Part shown: one piece after another, positions 36,660 to 48,171 of the stretch
How positions within the stretch are numbered: position 1 is the first letter of the stretch
Layout: the number at the start of each line of letters is the position of its first letter
NCBI GenBank assembly: GCA_963730185.1
Contig: CAVSQW010000008.1
Span: 480,001-544,000 of the forward strand
Reading direction: 5' to 3'
Origin: an uncultured Gemmatimonadales bacterium
GTDB taxonomy: Bacteria; Gemmatimonadota; Gemmatimonadetes; Gemmatimonadales; GWC2-71-9
Length of the DNA stretch: 64,000 nucleotides
The notes under the pieces: generated by a model
The model's input: the letters and a program-made list of their open reading frames with translations, nothing else
What the model was told of the DNA's origin: nothing
Databases searched by the model: none
Made by a program: the position numbers and the translations under genes

Positions 36660-37083
36660 CGGGTCGGCCTTGTCGCCCCCGCTTGATGGTCGCGCGATGC
36701 CGCTTGGCGGCCAGCCGCTTTTCCCGCTCGGCGTGCGGGATCCGGGTCCGCTTCCGCGCCTTGCGAACCCGGAGCGCCCGGGCGACCAGCTCGAGCAGAC
36801 GGCGAGTCGCCGCCTCCCGGTTTTGCAGCTGGCTCCGCGTCGGCGCCGCGACGACCCGAATCCAGCCGTCGCCGTCGATCCGGGTGGCGAGCCGCTCGAG
36901 GATGCGCGCCCGTTGGGTCTCGTTGGGCGCCTGACTGGTCCGGACGTTCCAGCGGACCTCGATTCGGGTGGACGAGGTGTTCACGTGCTGGCCGCCGGGG
37001 CCGCCCGCGCGGGAGGCCCGGATCACGAGCTCGCTCGCGGGGATCTCGAGCGGCCCGGCGCGGAGGTCGTCGCTTGGGGACAT
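36649..37083 (-). CDS. arfB: Alternative ribosome rescue aminoacyl-tRNA hydrolase ArfB
   Basis: RAGGPGGQHVNTSST, RSQLQNRE, basic C-tail RKRTR..REKRLAAKRHR..IKRGR. Confidence 0.95.
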   Translation of the reverse strand: MSPSDDLRAGPLEIPASELVIRASRAGGPGGQHVNTSSTRIEVRWNVRTSQAPNETQRARILERLATRIDGDGWIRVVAAPTRSQLQNREAATRRLLELVARALRVRKARKRTRIPHAEREKRLAAKRHRATIKRGRQGRPDDE

Positions 37084-37145
37084 GCCAGGAAAACTAATGC
37101 TCGGATTCGGCTTCCGTTGAGTTCGCTCGGCGTTACGTTTCTCGG

Positions 37146-37934
37146 ATGACGGGGCTCGAGGATCTCGAAGGCTGGTTCCAGGCGGCCGGCCCGGTGTTGC
37201 TCGGGTACTCGGGCGGCATCGATTCGTCGTTGCTCGGCGTGGTAGGGACCCGGGTGCTGGGCGACGGATTCCTCGCGGTGATCGGCCGGAGTGCCGCGTA
37301 TCCGATGGCGCAGTGGCGGACCGCCCGCGCCATCGCCGACGCCCACGACATCCGAGTCGTCGAAGTCGACACCGCGGAGCTCGACGATCCCGCTTACCGC
37401 GCCAATCCCACCAACCGCTGCTACTTCTGCAAGCGCGAGCTCTGGGACGTGCTGCGCGCGGTGGCCCGCGATCGTGGCTTCGAGACCGTGATCGACGGCA
37501 CCCACGCCGACGACTTGACCGGCCATCGGCCCGGCGCGCGGGCTGGGGCGGAGCGCGGGGTCCGTTCGCCGCTGGTCGAGCTGGGATGGAGCAAGGCGAC
37601 GGTCCGCGCGGCCGCCGAGCGGCTCGGGATCGAGGGCTGGGACGGGCCGTCGTCGCCCTGCCTGGCCAGCCGGGTTCGCTACGGCCTCGAGGTGACGCCC
37701 GAACGGCTGGGGCAGGTGGAGCGGGCGGAGGCGATGCTCCGGAGGCTGGGCGTGGAGGGCGACCTTCGGGTTCGCCACCTGGGGCCCGTGGCCCGGATCG
37801 AAGCGCTCCCGGCGATGATCCCCCTGATCGATTCGCAATGGGACCGGATCGAGGCCTCGCTGCTCGCCCTCGGGTTTGCGCGAGCGGAGTGCGATCCGGC
37901 CGGGTACCGACGGGGGAGCCTGCTGACGTCATGA
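37146..37934 (+). CDS. larE: LarE-family PP-loop sulfur transferase
   Basis: YSGGIDS, NPTNRCYFCK, DGTHADD..HRPG, SPL, SSPCLASR..YG, RVRH. Confidence 0.9.
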   Translation: MTGLEDLEGWFQAAGPVLLGYSGGIDSSLLGVVGTRVLGDGFLAVIGRSAAYPMAQWRTARAIADAHDIRVVEVDTAELDDPAYRANPTNRCYFCKRELWDVLRAVARDRGFETVIDGTHADDLTGHRPGARAGAERGVRSPLVELGWSKATVRAAAERLGIEGWDGPSSPCLASRVRYGLEVTPERLGQVERAEAMLRRLGVEGDLRVRHLGPVARIEALPAMIPLIDSQWDRIEASLLALGFARAECDPAGYRRGSLLTS

Positions 37935-38482
37935 GACTGTTCATTGCCATCCCGCTGCCCAGCGCGGCCGAGACGACCGCGGCGGGACTCCTGACTGACC
38001 TGAAGGCCCAGCAGTGGCCGGTGCGCTGGGTGCGTAATCGTGGACTCCATCTCACCCTCAAATTCTTCGGTGAGCTGACCAGCGACCGGGTCGACGCGAT
38101 CGGGGAAATGCTGGCGTTCGCCGCCGGCGACGTTCGGGCGATCGGCCTGTCGTTCAGCGCGACCGGCGTCTTTCCCGATTGGGAGCGGCCGAGAGTGCTA
38201 CTCCTCGGGGTGGATCCGGCCCCTGAGCTCGAGCTCCTCCAGGACCGGATCGAGCGGGGCGGCGAGCGGCTCGGCTTCGCTCCCGAAGGCCGGCCCTTTC
38301 GGCCTCACCTGACCCTGGGCCGGGTTCGCGAGGGCCATCGGCTCCCCTCGGGGTGGCGGACCACGTTCGAGCGGCGCGACTTGGGCGACCCGTTTCTGGT
38401 CGACCGGGTGGTGCTCTACGAGAGCAGCCTCTCGCCCGCGGGTCCGACCTACACCGCGCGGCTCGAGGTGCCGCTCGGGTGA
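37931..38482 (+). CDS. thpR: RNA 2',3'-cyclic phosphodiesterase (2H family)
   Basis: MRLFIAI, LHLTLKFFG, FRPHLTLGR, LYESSL..GPTY. Confidence 0.93.
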   Translation: MRLFIAIPLPSAAETTAAGLLTDLKAQQWPVRWVRNRGLHLTLKFFGELTSDRVDAIGEMLAFAAGDVRAIGLSFSATGVFPDWERPRVLLLGVDPAPELELLQDRIERGGERLGFAPEGRPFRPHLTLGRVREGHRLPSGWRTTFERRDLGDPFLVDRVVLYESSLSPAGPTYTARLEVPLG

Positions 38483-39122
38483 TGCGAGGCTGCCTGAGTC
38501 TCCCGTTCCGGCTTCTGTCGCTGGCGCTGACCCTGGCGCTGCTCTATGTCGCCTGGCTCTACCGGGACGACATCCGTCGCTGGGTCCATCGTGCCACGGC
38601 CGAGCCCGGGGGCGCCCCGCCCGCCCGCGGGATCGACGACGCTGCGCTGGCTCAGCGGGCCCGAGCCCGGATCGACTCGGTCCGGACCGGCCGGGCCGAT
38701 TCCGTTCTCGTCGCTCCCGCCGAGGTGGGCGCGCTTCTGGCCCGGGAGGTCGACCAGCGGGCGCGGGGCGCGGTCGACGGCGTCTCGGTCGAATTCGGCG
38801 ACGGCGATGCCACGGTGCGGGCCACGCTCGACGCCAGTCGCCTCCCGAAGGACGCCCTCGGCCCGTTGTCGGAGTGGGTGACCGGGCGCCAACCGTTCGA
38901 GGCCGGCGGCGAGCTTGGGCTTCGCCGGGTTGGCCTGGGCGAGTGGCGGGTGGAGTCGCTCCGGGTTCGGGGCGTCCCCCTCCCCAAGGCGCTCGCCATC
39001 CGGCTGGTCGGCCTCCTGGTGGCGGGCGACGGCACCAGCGTTACCTTCGCATTACCGGACTGGGTGACCGGACTCAGGGTCACCCCGGCCGGGGCGATTC
39101 TTTACGGCCGGAGGGCGGGTCG

Positions 39123-39126
<4 letters not shown>
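38482..39126 (+). CDS. Membrane-anchored hypothetical protein
   Basis: N-terminal TM (MRGCLSLPFRLL...), beta-rich soluble domain; coupled on both sides. Confidence 0.75.
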
Positions 39127-40474
<1,348 letters not shown>

Positions 40475-40478
<4 letters not shown>

Positions 40479-40940
40479 GTCCGGAATCTCGCGATTGGGA
40501 CAAAGAGCTCGCGGAGATCGACAAGATCATCGCGAAGAGCCCGGCACCGGCGCCCGCGCCGACCTCCGGCGGCGGCGCGGCGCCGGCTCCGGCTCCGGCC
40601 AAAGGCCGCGGCGGGCCGCCCCCTGCCGGCCGGGCCGCTCGGGAAGAAGGCCGCCCTGGCCACCTGGACCCGAGTCTTGCTGGGCGCGCTGCTGGGCGCG
40701 GCCATGACCCAGTGGCCCTACGTTCACGCCTGCGGGACGGCGCTCTTCCTCTATCTCGGCGCCGCGGGCGTGGTGGTGATGGCCGGGATCTGGAGCGCGG
40801 TGTCCAGCTGGCGACGGCGGATGGGCCAGGCCCACGTCGTTTCGCTCCTCGTGGCGCTGTGGGGCGGCATGCTGGTCGCGGCGACCGTGTTGCCGCGGAT
40901 CGGCTACGCGGCGCGCAGTGCCACCTGGTGGTGTCCCTGA
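40475..40940 (+). CDS. Hypothetical membrane protein (apparent frameshift ~40630)
   Basis: VSPESRDWDKELAEIDKII + Pro/Ala linker in one frame, three TMs ending LPRIGYA...TWWCP in another. Confidence 0.6.
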
Positions 40941-40964
40941 CCTGTCTCTTTCTCCGGTCGCCTC

Positions 40965-42457
40965 ATGCCTCGAGCTCAGAACTTCAAGAACTACGTCGGC
41001 GGCAAGTGGGTCTCGCCGTCGACCCGCACCTACTTCGACAACCGGAACCCGGCCAACACCCGGGATCTGATCGGGCGCTTCCCCGATTCGGGCCCGGCCG
41101 ATATCGAGGCCGCGGTGGCGGCCGCCAAGGAGGGCTTCGCACGGTGGTCCCGGACGCCGGCGCCGGCCCGGGGCGACATTCTCCGGCGGGTGGGTGATCT
41201 GCTGGTGGAGCAGAAGGAGGCGATCGCCAACGGCATGACCCGGGAGATGGGGAAGGTGCTGGCCGAGACCCGGGGCGACGTCCAGGAGGGGATCGACACC
41301 GCGTATACGCCGCCGCCGAGGGGCGCCGGCTCTTCGGTCACACGGTGCCGTCCGAGTTGCGGGCCAAGTGGGCGATGAGCTTCCGCCGGCCGATCGGCGT
41401 GGCGGGCTGATCACGCCGTTCAATTTCCCGCTCGCGATCCCGACCTGGAAGATGTTCCCGGCGCTCGCCTGCGGGAATTCGGTGATTCTCAAGCCCTCCG
41501 AGGACGTTCCCCACACGTCCCACCTCCTGACCGAGATCCTGATCGAGGCGGGGATGCCGGCCGGCGTGGTACAACTGGTGCACGGTCGCGGGGCCAGCGC
41601 CGGGCAGGCCTTGGTCGAGCATCCCGACGTCGCGGTCGTCTCGTTCACCGGCTCGACCCGGACCGGCTCGACCATCGGTGAGATCTGCGGCCGGATGCAC
41701 AAGCGGCTCTCGCTGGAGATGGGTGGTAAGAACGCGATGATCGTGATGGACGACGCCGACCTCGACCTGGCGCTCGACGGCGTGCTCTGGGGGGCGTTCG
41801 GGACCACGGGGCAACGTTGTACGGCCACCAGCCGTCTCATTCTCCATCGGAAGGTGCACGACCGGTTCCTCAACCGCCTGGTCGATGCCGCCGAGAGGCT
41901 GGTGCTGGGCGATGGCCGGAAAAAGGGCACCCAGGTCGGTCCCTTGATTCACGAGGCCGCGCGTCAGAAGGTGGAGCACTACGTGGCGCTCGGGCAGGAG
42001 GAGGGCGCACCCTGCTGACCGGCGGCAAGCGGGCCACCCGTGGGCGGTTCGAGCATGGCTGGTTCTACCGGCCGACGGTGTTCGCGGGGGTCAAGCCGCG
42101 CCACCGGATCGCGCGGGAAGAGATTTTCGGGCCGGTGCTGAGCGTGTTGCGGGTCGGCTCGTTCGAGGAGGCGGTCAGGTCAACAACGCCGTGCCCTACG
42201 GGCTCTCGAGCTCGCTCTACACCCGGAACGTGAACCTGGCGTTCCAGGCTCTCGAGCGGCTCGACAACGGGATCACCTACGTCAACGCCCCCACGATCGG
42301 GGCGGAGGCCCACCTCCCGTTCGGCGGCGTGAAGCAAACCGGGAACGGCCACCGGGAAGGTGGCTGGGAAGTGTATGAGTTCTACTCCGAGACCAAGGTC
42401 GGGTACGTGGATTATTCGGGGACGTTGCAGCGGGCGCAGATCGACAACTACGACTGA
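40965..42457 (+). CDS. Aldehyde dehydrogenase family protein; several apparent frameshifts
   Basis: [57 protein letters not shown] across four ORF pieces. Confidence 0.92.
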
Positions 42458-42538
42458 GTGGCGGGCCGTTGCGTTCGCCGGGGGCCGAGGGGTAGGTTGA
42501 GGCGTCGATTAGGCCAATCGTTCGAGGGAAGCTGACGC

Positions 42539-43408
42539 ATGCGTCCCATCCGGGTCGGACCGTCGAAGGGAAGTTCGGGCGGCGATGACGGTTCGCTCGA
42601 TCAGTACCTGCGTGAGATCAGCCGGTACCCGCTGATCGTGCAGGCCGAAGAGGTCACCCTGGCGCAGAGCATCCACCAGGGTGACGAAGAGGCGTTGGAC
42701 AAGCTGGTCCGCAGTAACCTCCGCTTCGTCGTGTCGGTCGCCAAGAAGTACCAGAACCAGGGCGTGTCCCTTTCCGATCTGATCAACGAGGGCAACCTGG
42801 GCCTGATTCGGGCGGCTCACAAGTTCGACGAGACCAAGGGCATCAAGTTCATCTCCTACGCGGTCTGGTGGATCCGGCAGGCGATCCTCCAGGCGCTGGC
42901 GGAACAGAGCCGGATCGTCCGGGTGCCCCTGAACCGGGCCGGCACGCTCCACCGGATCACCCGTCGGAGCTCGGCGCTCGAGCAGGAGCTCGGCCGTCAG
43001 CCCACCGCCGCCGAGGTGGCCGAGGGGATGGACATCGAGGTGGCGGAGGTCGAGAAGACCCTCTCCATCTCCCAGAACCACGTCTCGCTCGACGCCCCCC
43101 TGACGCCGGGCGAAGAGAACCGGCTGCTGGACTACCTGCCCGACACCCAGAACCCCGGTCCCGACGCCGAGACCTTCGAGCACGCCCTCACCCAGTCGAT
43201 CGAAGAGGTGCTCACCACCCTCAAGGAACGCGAGGCCAAGATCCTCCGGCTCTACTTTGGGCTCGACGGCCCGGAGCCGATGACACTGGAAGAGATCGGC
43301 GCGCAGCTCGGGATCACCCGCGAGCGCGTCCGCCAGATCAAGGAAAAGGCGCTGAGTCGGCTCCGCCACGTGAGCCGGTCCAAGGCGCTGGAGAGCTTTC
43401 TGACCTGA
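42539..43408 (+). CDS. RpoD/SigA-family sigma70 factor lacking region 1.1
   Basis: SLDQYLREI, SNLRFVVSVAKKY, DLINEGNLGL, KFISYAVWWIRQ, TLEEIG...TRERVRQI. Confidence 0.95.
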   Translation: MRPIRVGPSKGSSGGDDGSLDQYLREISRYPLIVQAEEVTLAQSIHQGDEEALDKLVRSNLRFVVSVAKKYQNQGVSLSDLINEGNLGLIRAAHKFDETKGIKFISYAVWWIRQAILQALAEQSRIVRVPLNRAGTLHRITRRSSALEQELGRQPTAAEVAEGMDIEVAEVEKTLSISQNHVSLDAPLTPGEENRLLDYLPDTQNPGPDAETFEHALTQSIEEVLTTLKEREAKILRLYFGLDGPEPMTLEEIGAQLGITRERVRQIKEKALSRLRHVSRSKALESFLT

Positions 43409-43411
43409 CCG

Positions 43412-43916
43412 ATGGCAGCCGAATCCCAGCTTCGACGTATCGACCGGCGCCGACCTCCAGGAGGTCGACAACGCCGTGAACCAGGCCCTCAAGGAAATCA
43501 GCCAGCGCTACGATTTCAGGGGCACCAACTGCACCATCGAATTCGATCGGGCCAAGGCCGAGATCCAACTGGCGGCCGACGACGAGTTCCGGATGAAGCA
43601 GCTGCTCGACGTGCTCCAGGCCAAGTGCGCCAAGCGGGGCGTGCCGGCCCAGAACCTCAAGATCGGTGACCTGGTCCCGTCCGCGGGGACGTCGGTCCGG
43701 GCCACCGTCTCGTTGACCCAAGGGATCGACGGCGACACCGCCAAGAAGATCACCAAGTCGATCAAGGATCAGGGCTTCAAGAAGGTGCAGGCCTCGATCC
43801 AGGGCGACGAGATCCGGGTCACCGCTCCGTCGCGGGACGAGCTCCAGGCGGTGATCGCCTTCCTTCGCTCGCAGGACTACGGCATCGAGCTCAAGTTCGG
43901 CAACTATCGTGGGTAG
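43412..43916 (+). CDS. yajQ: YajQ family (c-di-GMP/nucleotide-binding) protein; apparent +1 near 43427
   Basis: SFDVSTGADLQEVDNAVNQA..RYDFRG, QGID...AKKI, KVQASIQGDEIRVT...RDELQ, FGNYR. Confidence 0.92.
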
Positions 43917-45147
43917 GGCGGTGGCCGCGGTGGCGCTCCTCGCCGCGGCCGGTGCTCTGGGGTGCGGTCACGTCGAGGTCGGCGGCCTGCCCGAAGCAGA
44001 GACCACCGAACCCCTGATCCGGGTCGGCCTGGTGCTGAACGGCGCCGGGCTGACGGTGGGCGGGGGCGAGCCGTTGGTCGTCTCGGGTACCGACGGCGGC
44101 GGCCTCACGGCCATTCCAGGCGGGACGGAGGCGGCGGTCGTCGCCGACGCCGCCGGCCTCGCCGCCCGATTCGGCTCCACCAGCACTCCACCCGTCGCCG
44201 AGCTCACGGTCCGCTCCGCCGACCAGCAGGGGTTCGTGCGGCTCAACGGGCGCGACTATCGCGGGTCCCTCGTGCTGAGCCCGGCCACCCGGGGCGTGCT
44301 GGCCGTCAACCTGGTGTCGCTCGAGGCCTACGTGGCCGGGGTGGTGAACGCCGAGATGGGGCGCCGCCCGGCCGACGACCTCCAGGCGATGTACGCCCAG
44401 GCAGTGGTTTCCCGGACCGTGGCGGTTCGCTCGCTGGGACGCTACCGAATCCGGGGCTACGATCTGGTGAGCACCGTCTCCGACCAGGCCTACGGCGGGG
44501 CGGGAACGGAAACCGCGCTCGGGTGGGAGGCGGTCCGGGCCACCCGCGGCCAGGTCCTGACCTTCGGCGGGGATGTGATCGAGGCGTTCTTCCACTCGAC
44601 CTGCGGGGGACGGACCGAGGCGGTGGAGGATGCGTTTTCGGGCGGGCCCCAGCCCTACCTCCGCTCGGTGTCCGATCGCGACGGGTCGGGGCGTCCCTAC
44701 TGCGCGCTTTCACCCCGGTTTCGGTGGCGGGAGGAGTGGACCGGTGAAGCCCTGGGGCAGAGCCTCGCCGCCAACGCCACCGTCTCCGGGTTGCGCGGGG
44801 TTTCCGGGGCGCCGAGCGGCCTCGAGATCGTCTCCCGGACGGCCTCCGGGCGGGTGGCCCAACTCGAGGTGACAGCCGCCGGCCGCCACTATCCGATCAC
44901 GGGCCAGGCCGCCATCCGGCAGAGCCTCCGGTTGGCCGACGGCGGGATTCTGCGGAGCACGCAGTTCACGATCCAGGTCACCCGGTCTGGGGGCCGGATC
45001 GTCCGATTGGTGGCGGACGGCGGCGGCAACGGTCACGGGGTCGGCATGTGCCAGTGGGGCGCAGTGGGCCGGGCCCGAGCGGGATTTTCCTACGCCGAGA
45101 TTCTGAGTGCTTATTTTCCGGGGACCGAGATCCGCCGACTCTACTGA
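43909..45147 (+). CDS. SpoIID/LytB domain lipoprotein (lytic transglycosylase-like)
   Basis: Lipobox ALGC; YRG, LEAYV.GVV.AEM, AQAV.SRT, DQAYGG, FHSTCGG, GHGVGMCQWGA. Confidence 0.92.
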   Translation: MGRAVAAVALLAAAGALGCGHVEVGGLPEAETTEPLIRVGLVLNGAGLTVGGGEPLVVSGTDGGGLTAIPGGTEAAVVADAAGLAARFGSTSTPPVAELTVRSADQQGFVRLNGRDYRGSLVLSPATRGVLAVNLVSLEAYVAGVVNAEMGRRPADDLQAMYAQAVVSRTVAVRSLGRYRIRGYDLVSTVSDQAYGGAGTETALGWEAVRATRGQVLTFGGDVIEAFFHSTCGGRTEAVEDAFSGGPQPYLRSVSDRDGSGRPYCALSPRFRWREEWTGEALGQSLAANATVSGLRGVSGAPSGLEIVSRTASGRVAQLEVTAAGRHYPITGQAAIRQSLRLADGGILRSTQFTIQVTRSGGRIVRLVADGGGNGHGVGMCQWGAVGRARAGFSYAEILSAYFPGTEIRRLY

Positions 45148-45153
45148 GGCGCG

Positions 45154-46221
45154 ATGACCGCAACCAGACGCTCCGGCCCCCACGGTCGGCAGACCCCGAA
45201 GGTCAGTGACCCTCCGACCTCCCTCCGTTTGGGGATCGTCGGGGCCGGCGCCGTGGTGCAGGTGGCCCATCTCCCGGTCCTCCGGAAGCTGCGCGGCGTG
45301 TCGATGGTGGCTCTCTGCGACACCGACGTGCCCAAGGCTCGGGCCCTGGCCGAGCGGACCGGAATTCCGGCGGTCTACGACGACATCGAGGAGCTGCTGA
45401 GCACCGAGGCGCTGGACGCCCTCCTGATCGCCACGCCGAACCATCTGCACGAGTCCCATGTGCTCGCCGGCCTGAGCGCCAACGTGCACATCCTGGTCGA
45501 GAAGCCGCTGGCGATGACCTCGAGCAGCGCGCAGAAGATCGCCCGGGCGGCCGAGAAGCGGGATCGGGTGGTGATGGTGGGGATGACCCACCGCTACCGG
45601 CCCGACGTCCAGGCGGTGCGGAGCTTCGTGCAGAGCGGCGAGTTGGGCGAGATCGACAGCGTCCGGGCCAGTTGGCACCAGGCCCGCCCGGCCCGCGCGT
45701 CCCTGGGGTGGCGGCAGCGGAGGAACGAGGCCGGCGGCGGCGCGATGCTGGACCTCGGCCTCACCATGCTGGACCTCTGCTTCTGGCTCTCGGGCAATCC
45801 CCGAGCGGCCCGGGCAAGCTCCAGCCTGACCCGGCCGGGCGGCGACCGCGGGGTGGAGCAGTCGGGCAGCGCGTTCGTGGTCTGCGAGGGCGGATGCTCG
45901 ATCTTCGTGGACGTGACCTGGCGACACATCGGCCAGGGCGAACGGTTCGGCGTGGGGCTTAGGGGCGAGAAGGGGTCCGCCGGCATCAATCCCCTCCACG
46001 TCTGGAAGGAGCTGCACGGCGTCACGCACGACGTCTCGCCGACCGGGACCTCCAGCCGCGAGACGGCGTTCGCCGCGTCCTTCCGGGCCCAGTGGGCCCA
46101 CTTTCTGGCCGCCGTTGCCGGGACGGCAACCGCTCCCTCGCTCCAGGATCACGCCGAAGTGCTCCGCGTGGTCGAGGCGGTGTACCGCTCCGATCAGGAA
46201 GGCCGGGACGTCACCTTGTGA
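45154..46221 (+). CDS. Gfo/Idh/MocA family oxidoreductase
   Basis: GIVGAG, IATPNHLH, VEKPLA, GGGAMLD.G. Confidence 0.92.
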   Translation: MTATRRSGPHGRQTPKVSDPPTSLRLGIVGAGAVVQVAHLPVLRKLRGVSMVALCDTDVPKARALAERTGIPAVYDDIEELLSTEALDALLIATPNHLHESHVLAGLSANVHILVEKPLAMTSSSAQKIARAAEKRDRVVMVGMTHRYRPDVQAVRSFVQSGELGEIDSVRASWHQARPARASLGWRQRRNEAGGGAMLDLGLTMLDLCFWLSGNPRAARASSSLTRPGGDRGVEQSGSAFVVCEGGCSIFVDVTWRHIGQGERFGVGLRGEKGSAGINPLHVWKELHGVTHDVSPTGTSSRETAFAASFRAQWAHFLAAVAGTATAPSLQDHAEVLRVVEAVYRSDQEGRDVTL

Positions 46222-47492
46222 CGCTGCCGGCTCTCTTGGCGCTGCTCCAGCTCGCGACCGCCGGCGCCGCGTCCCCGCAGGCGACTCCGCACCCGTCGTC
46301 GCCCGATTCGATTCCCGGTGCCCACCTCCGGGTCTTTCTGCTCACCTTCGACCCCGGGCCGGCCGTCTGGGAGCGCTTCGGGCACAACGCCATCTGGATT
46401 CACGATCCCGACGCCGGCACCGAGTGGGCCTACGACTACGGTCGGTTCTCGTTTGGGAACAACTTCTTCTTCAAGTTCGCGATCGGTGATCTCCGGTACT
46501 CGATGGGCCGGGGCGACGCCCGGAGCATCGTCGGATACTACCAGTCCGTGGGTCGTCAGGTCTGGCTCCAGGAGCTCGATCTCGTCCCCGCGGCCAGGGC
46601 GGAGATGCGGCGGTTCTTCGAGTGGAACTGGCAGCCGGACCACCGCGAATACGAGTACAACTATTATCTCGACAACTGCTCCACCCGGCTCCGCGACGCG
46701 ATCGACCGGGCGGTCGGTGGGCAGCTCCGCCGGTTTGGTGACTCGGTGCCGAACGGGATGACCTATCGGGACGAGACCCGGCGTACCACCGAGAACAACC
46801 TCGGCGTCTATACGGCGCTGATGCTCGGCCTCGGGCAGCCGGTGGATCACGCGCTGAGCGCGTGGGAGGCGATGTTCCTGCCGATCGAGCTCCGGCCCTA
46901 TCTCGACCGGCTCACGGTCCGGGATCCGGACGGGCGGGTGCATCCGCTGGTCCGGGAGGAGCGGGTGCTCGCGGCGAGCGACAAGTTCGCCGTCGCGGAG
47001 CGGCCGACTCCGTACACGCGGCGATTTGCGATGGTCGGACTTCTGCTCGGGTTGGGGATGCTGGCGGCGGGCCGTTGGAGTCGGGAGTCGCGGGTGGGAG
47101 GCCGGGTCTTCGCGGTGGCGGCCGTGGGCTGGTCGTGGCTGGCGGGTCTCGGTGGGCTGATGCTGCTGTCGCTCTGGGCCTTCACGGCCCACCGGTTCTC
47201 CTACTGGAACGAGAATATCCTCCAGCTCAACGTCGTCTCCCTGGTCCTGGCGCTGGCCCTACCGAGAGCCCTTCGTCACCCACCCGCGGTTCAGGGGGCG
47301 GCTGGTCGGCTGGCCTGGACCATCGCGGCCATCTCGGCGGCCGGGCTGGCGCTCAAGGCGCTGCCGCCCTTCTACCAGGCCAACCTCGACATCATCGGGC
47401 TCATCGCCCCGATCCACCTGGGGCTGCTCGCCGGGCTCTATGCCGCCCGCCGGCCCGGCGTCGAATTGCTCATGAACCCCGCAACCGCTTGA
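46218..47492 (+). CDS. DUF4105 (Lnb N-terminal-like) membrane protein
   Basis: ERFGHNAIW, YDYGRFSF, YEYNYYLDNCSTR.RD, MFLP..L; 4-5 C-terminal TMs. Confidence 0.85.
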   Translation: MTLPALLALLQLATAGAASPQATPHPSSPDSIPGAHLRVFLLTFDPGPAVWERFGHNAIWIHDPDAGTEWAYDYGRFSFGNNFFFKFAIGDLRYSMGRGDARSIVGYYQSVGRQVWLQELDLVPAARAEMRRFFEWNWQPDHREYEYNYYLDNCSTRLRDAIDRAVGGQLRRFGDSVPNGMTYRDETRRTTENNLGVYTALMLGLGQPVDHALSAWEAMFLPIELRPYLDRLTVRDPDGRVHPLVREERVLAASDKFAVAERPTPYTRRFAMVGLLLGLGMLAAGRWSRESRVGGRVFAVAAVGWSWLAGLGGLMLLSLWAFTAHRFSYWNENILQLNVVSLVLALALPRALRHPPAVQGAAGRLAWTIAAISAAGLALKALPPFYQANLDIIGLIAPIHLGLLAGLYAARRPGVELLMNPATA

Positions 47493-48171
47493 GCCCCTCC
47501 TGCGCCTCGGTGTACTCCGGGAAGGCGCTGATCGCCTTGCTGTAGAACTCGATCGCCCGGGCCTTGTCCCCCTTGTCCTGATAGAGCAGGGCGCGACTGT
47601 AGAGCGCGAGCGCTTCGGTGGGCACGTCGCGCCCGCGGGCCGCACGCGCTTCCGCCGCCGGCAGGGACGGTAGCTTGGTGCCTTCCATGACCCGGTCGGC
47701 GACCGACTGGATGATTCGGAACATCTGCTTCCGGTCGGTCAGCTTGGGGTCGCTCCGCACCACCTTGATGATCTCGCTCGTCTCCACGTCGATAATCCGC
47801 GCGTCGATCCGGAAGTCGCCGTAGAGGTCGATGAAAGTGCCGGCGATCATGTATCGAGCGCCGACCAGCTTGCCGACCTTGGCCGCCGTGGCCGCATCCA
47901 CTCGCTCGGCCGTCGCCAGATTCTGCTCGTCGAGCACCTGCTGGAGGCGGTCCCGATCCACCAGCCGCACGGCGGGATTCCGGCTCAGCTCGCTCATCAG
48001 CATCGCGGCGATCCCGCGGCGCAGGGCGTCGAAGTCTTCCTTGTCCTTGCCGTAGCTCCCGCCATTCTCGAAGGGCAGGACCGCCATGCCGGGACGGGTA
48101 TCCTGGGCCACGAGCGGCGCAGACGCGAGCAGCGCCAGGCCGACCAACACCATCTGAGCGCGTTTCAGCAT
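47470..48171 (-). CDS. CsgG/HfaB-family (TolB-N-like) periplasmic protein with C-terminal TPR
   Basis: Signal peptide; AVLPFEN, LVDRDRLQQVLDEQ, TAAKVGKLVGA, RIIDVETSEI; TPR ALYSRAL...KAISAFPEY; SD GGAGG. Confidence 0.85.
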   Translation of the reverse strand: MLKRAQMVLVGLALLASAPLVAQDTRPGMAVLPFENGGSYGKDKEDFDALRRGIAAMLMSELSRNPAVRLVDRDRLQQVLDEQNLATAERVDAATAAKVGKLVGARYMIAGTFIDLYGDFRIDARIIDVETSEIIKVVRSDPKLTDRKQMFRIIQSVADRVMEGTKLPSLPAAEARAARGRDVPTEALALYSRALLYQDKGDKARAIEFYSKAISAFPEYTEAQEGLKRLRGS

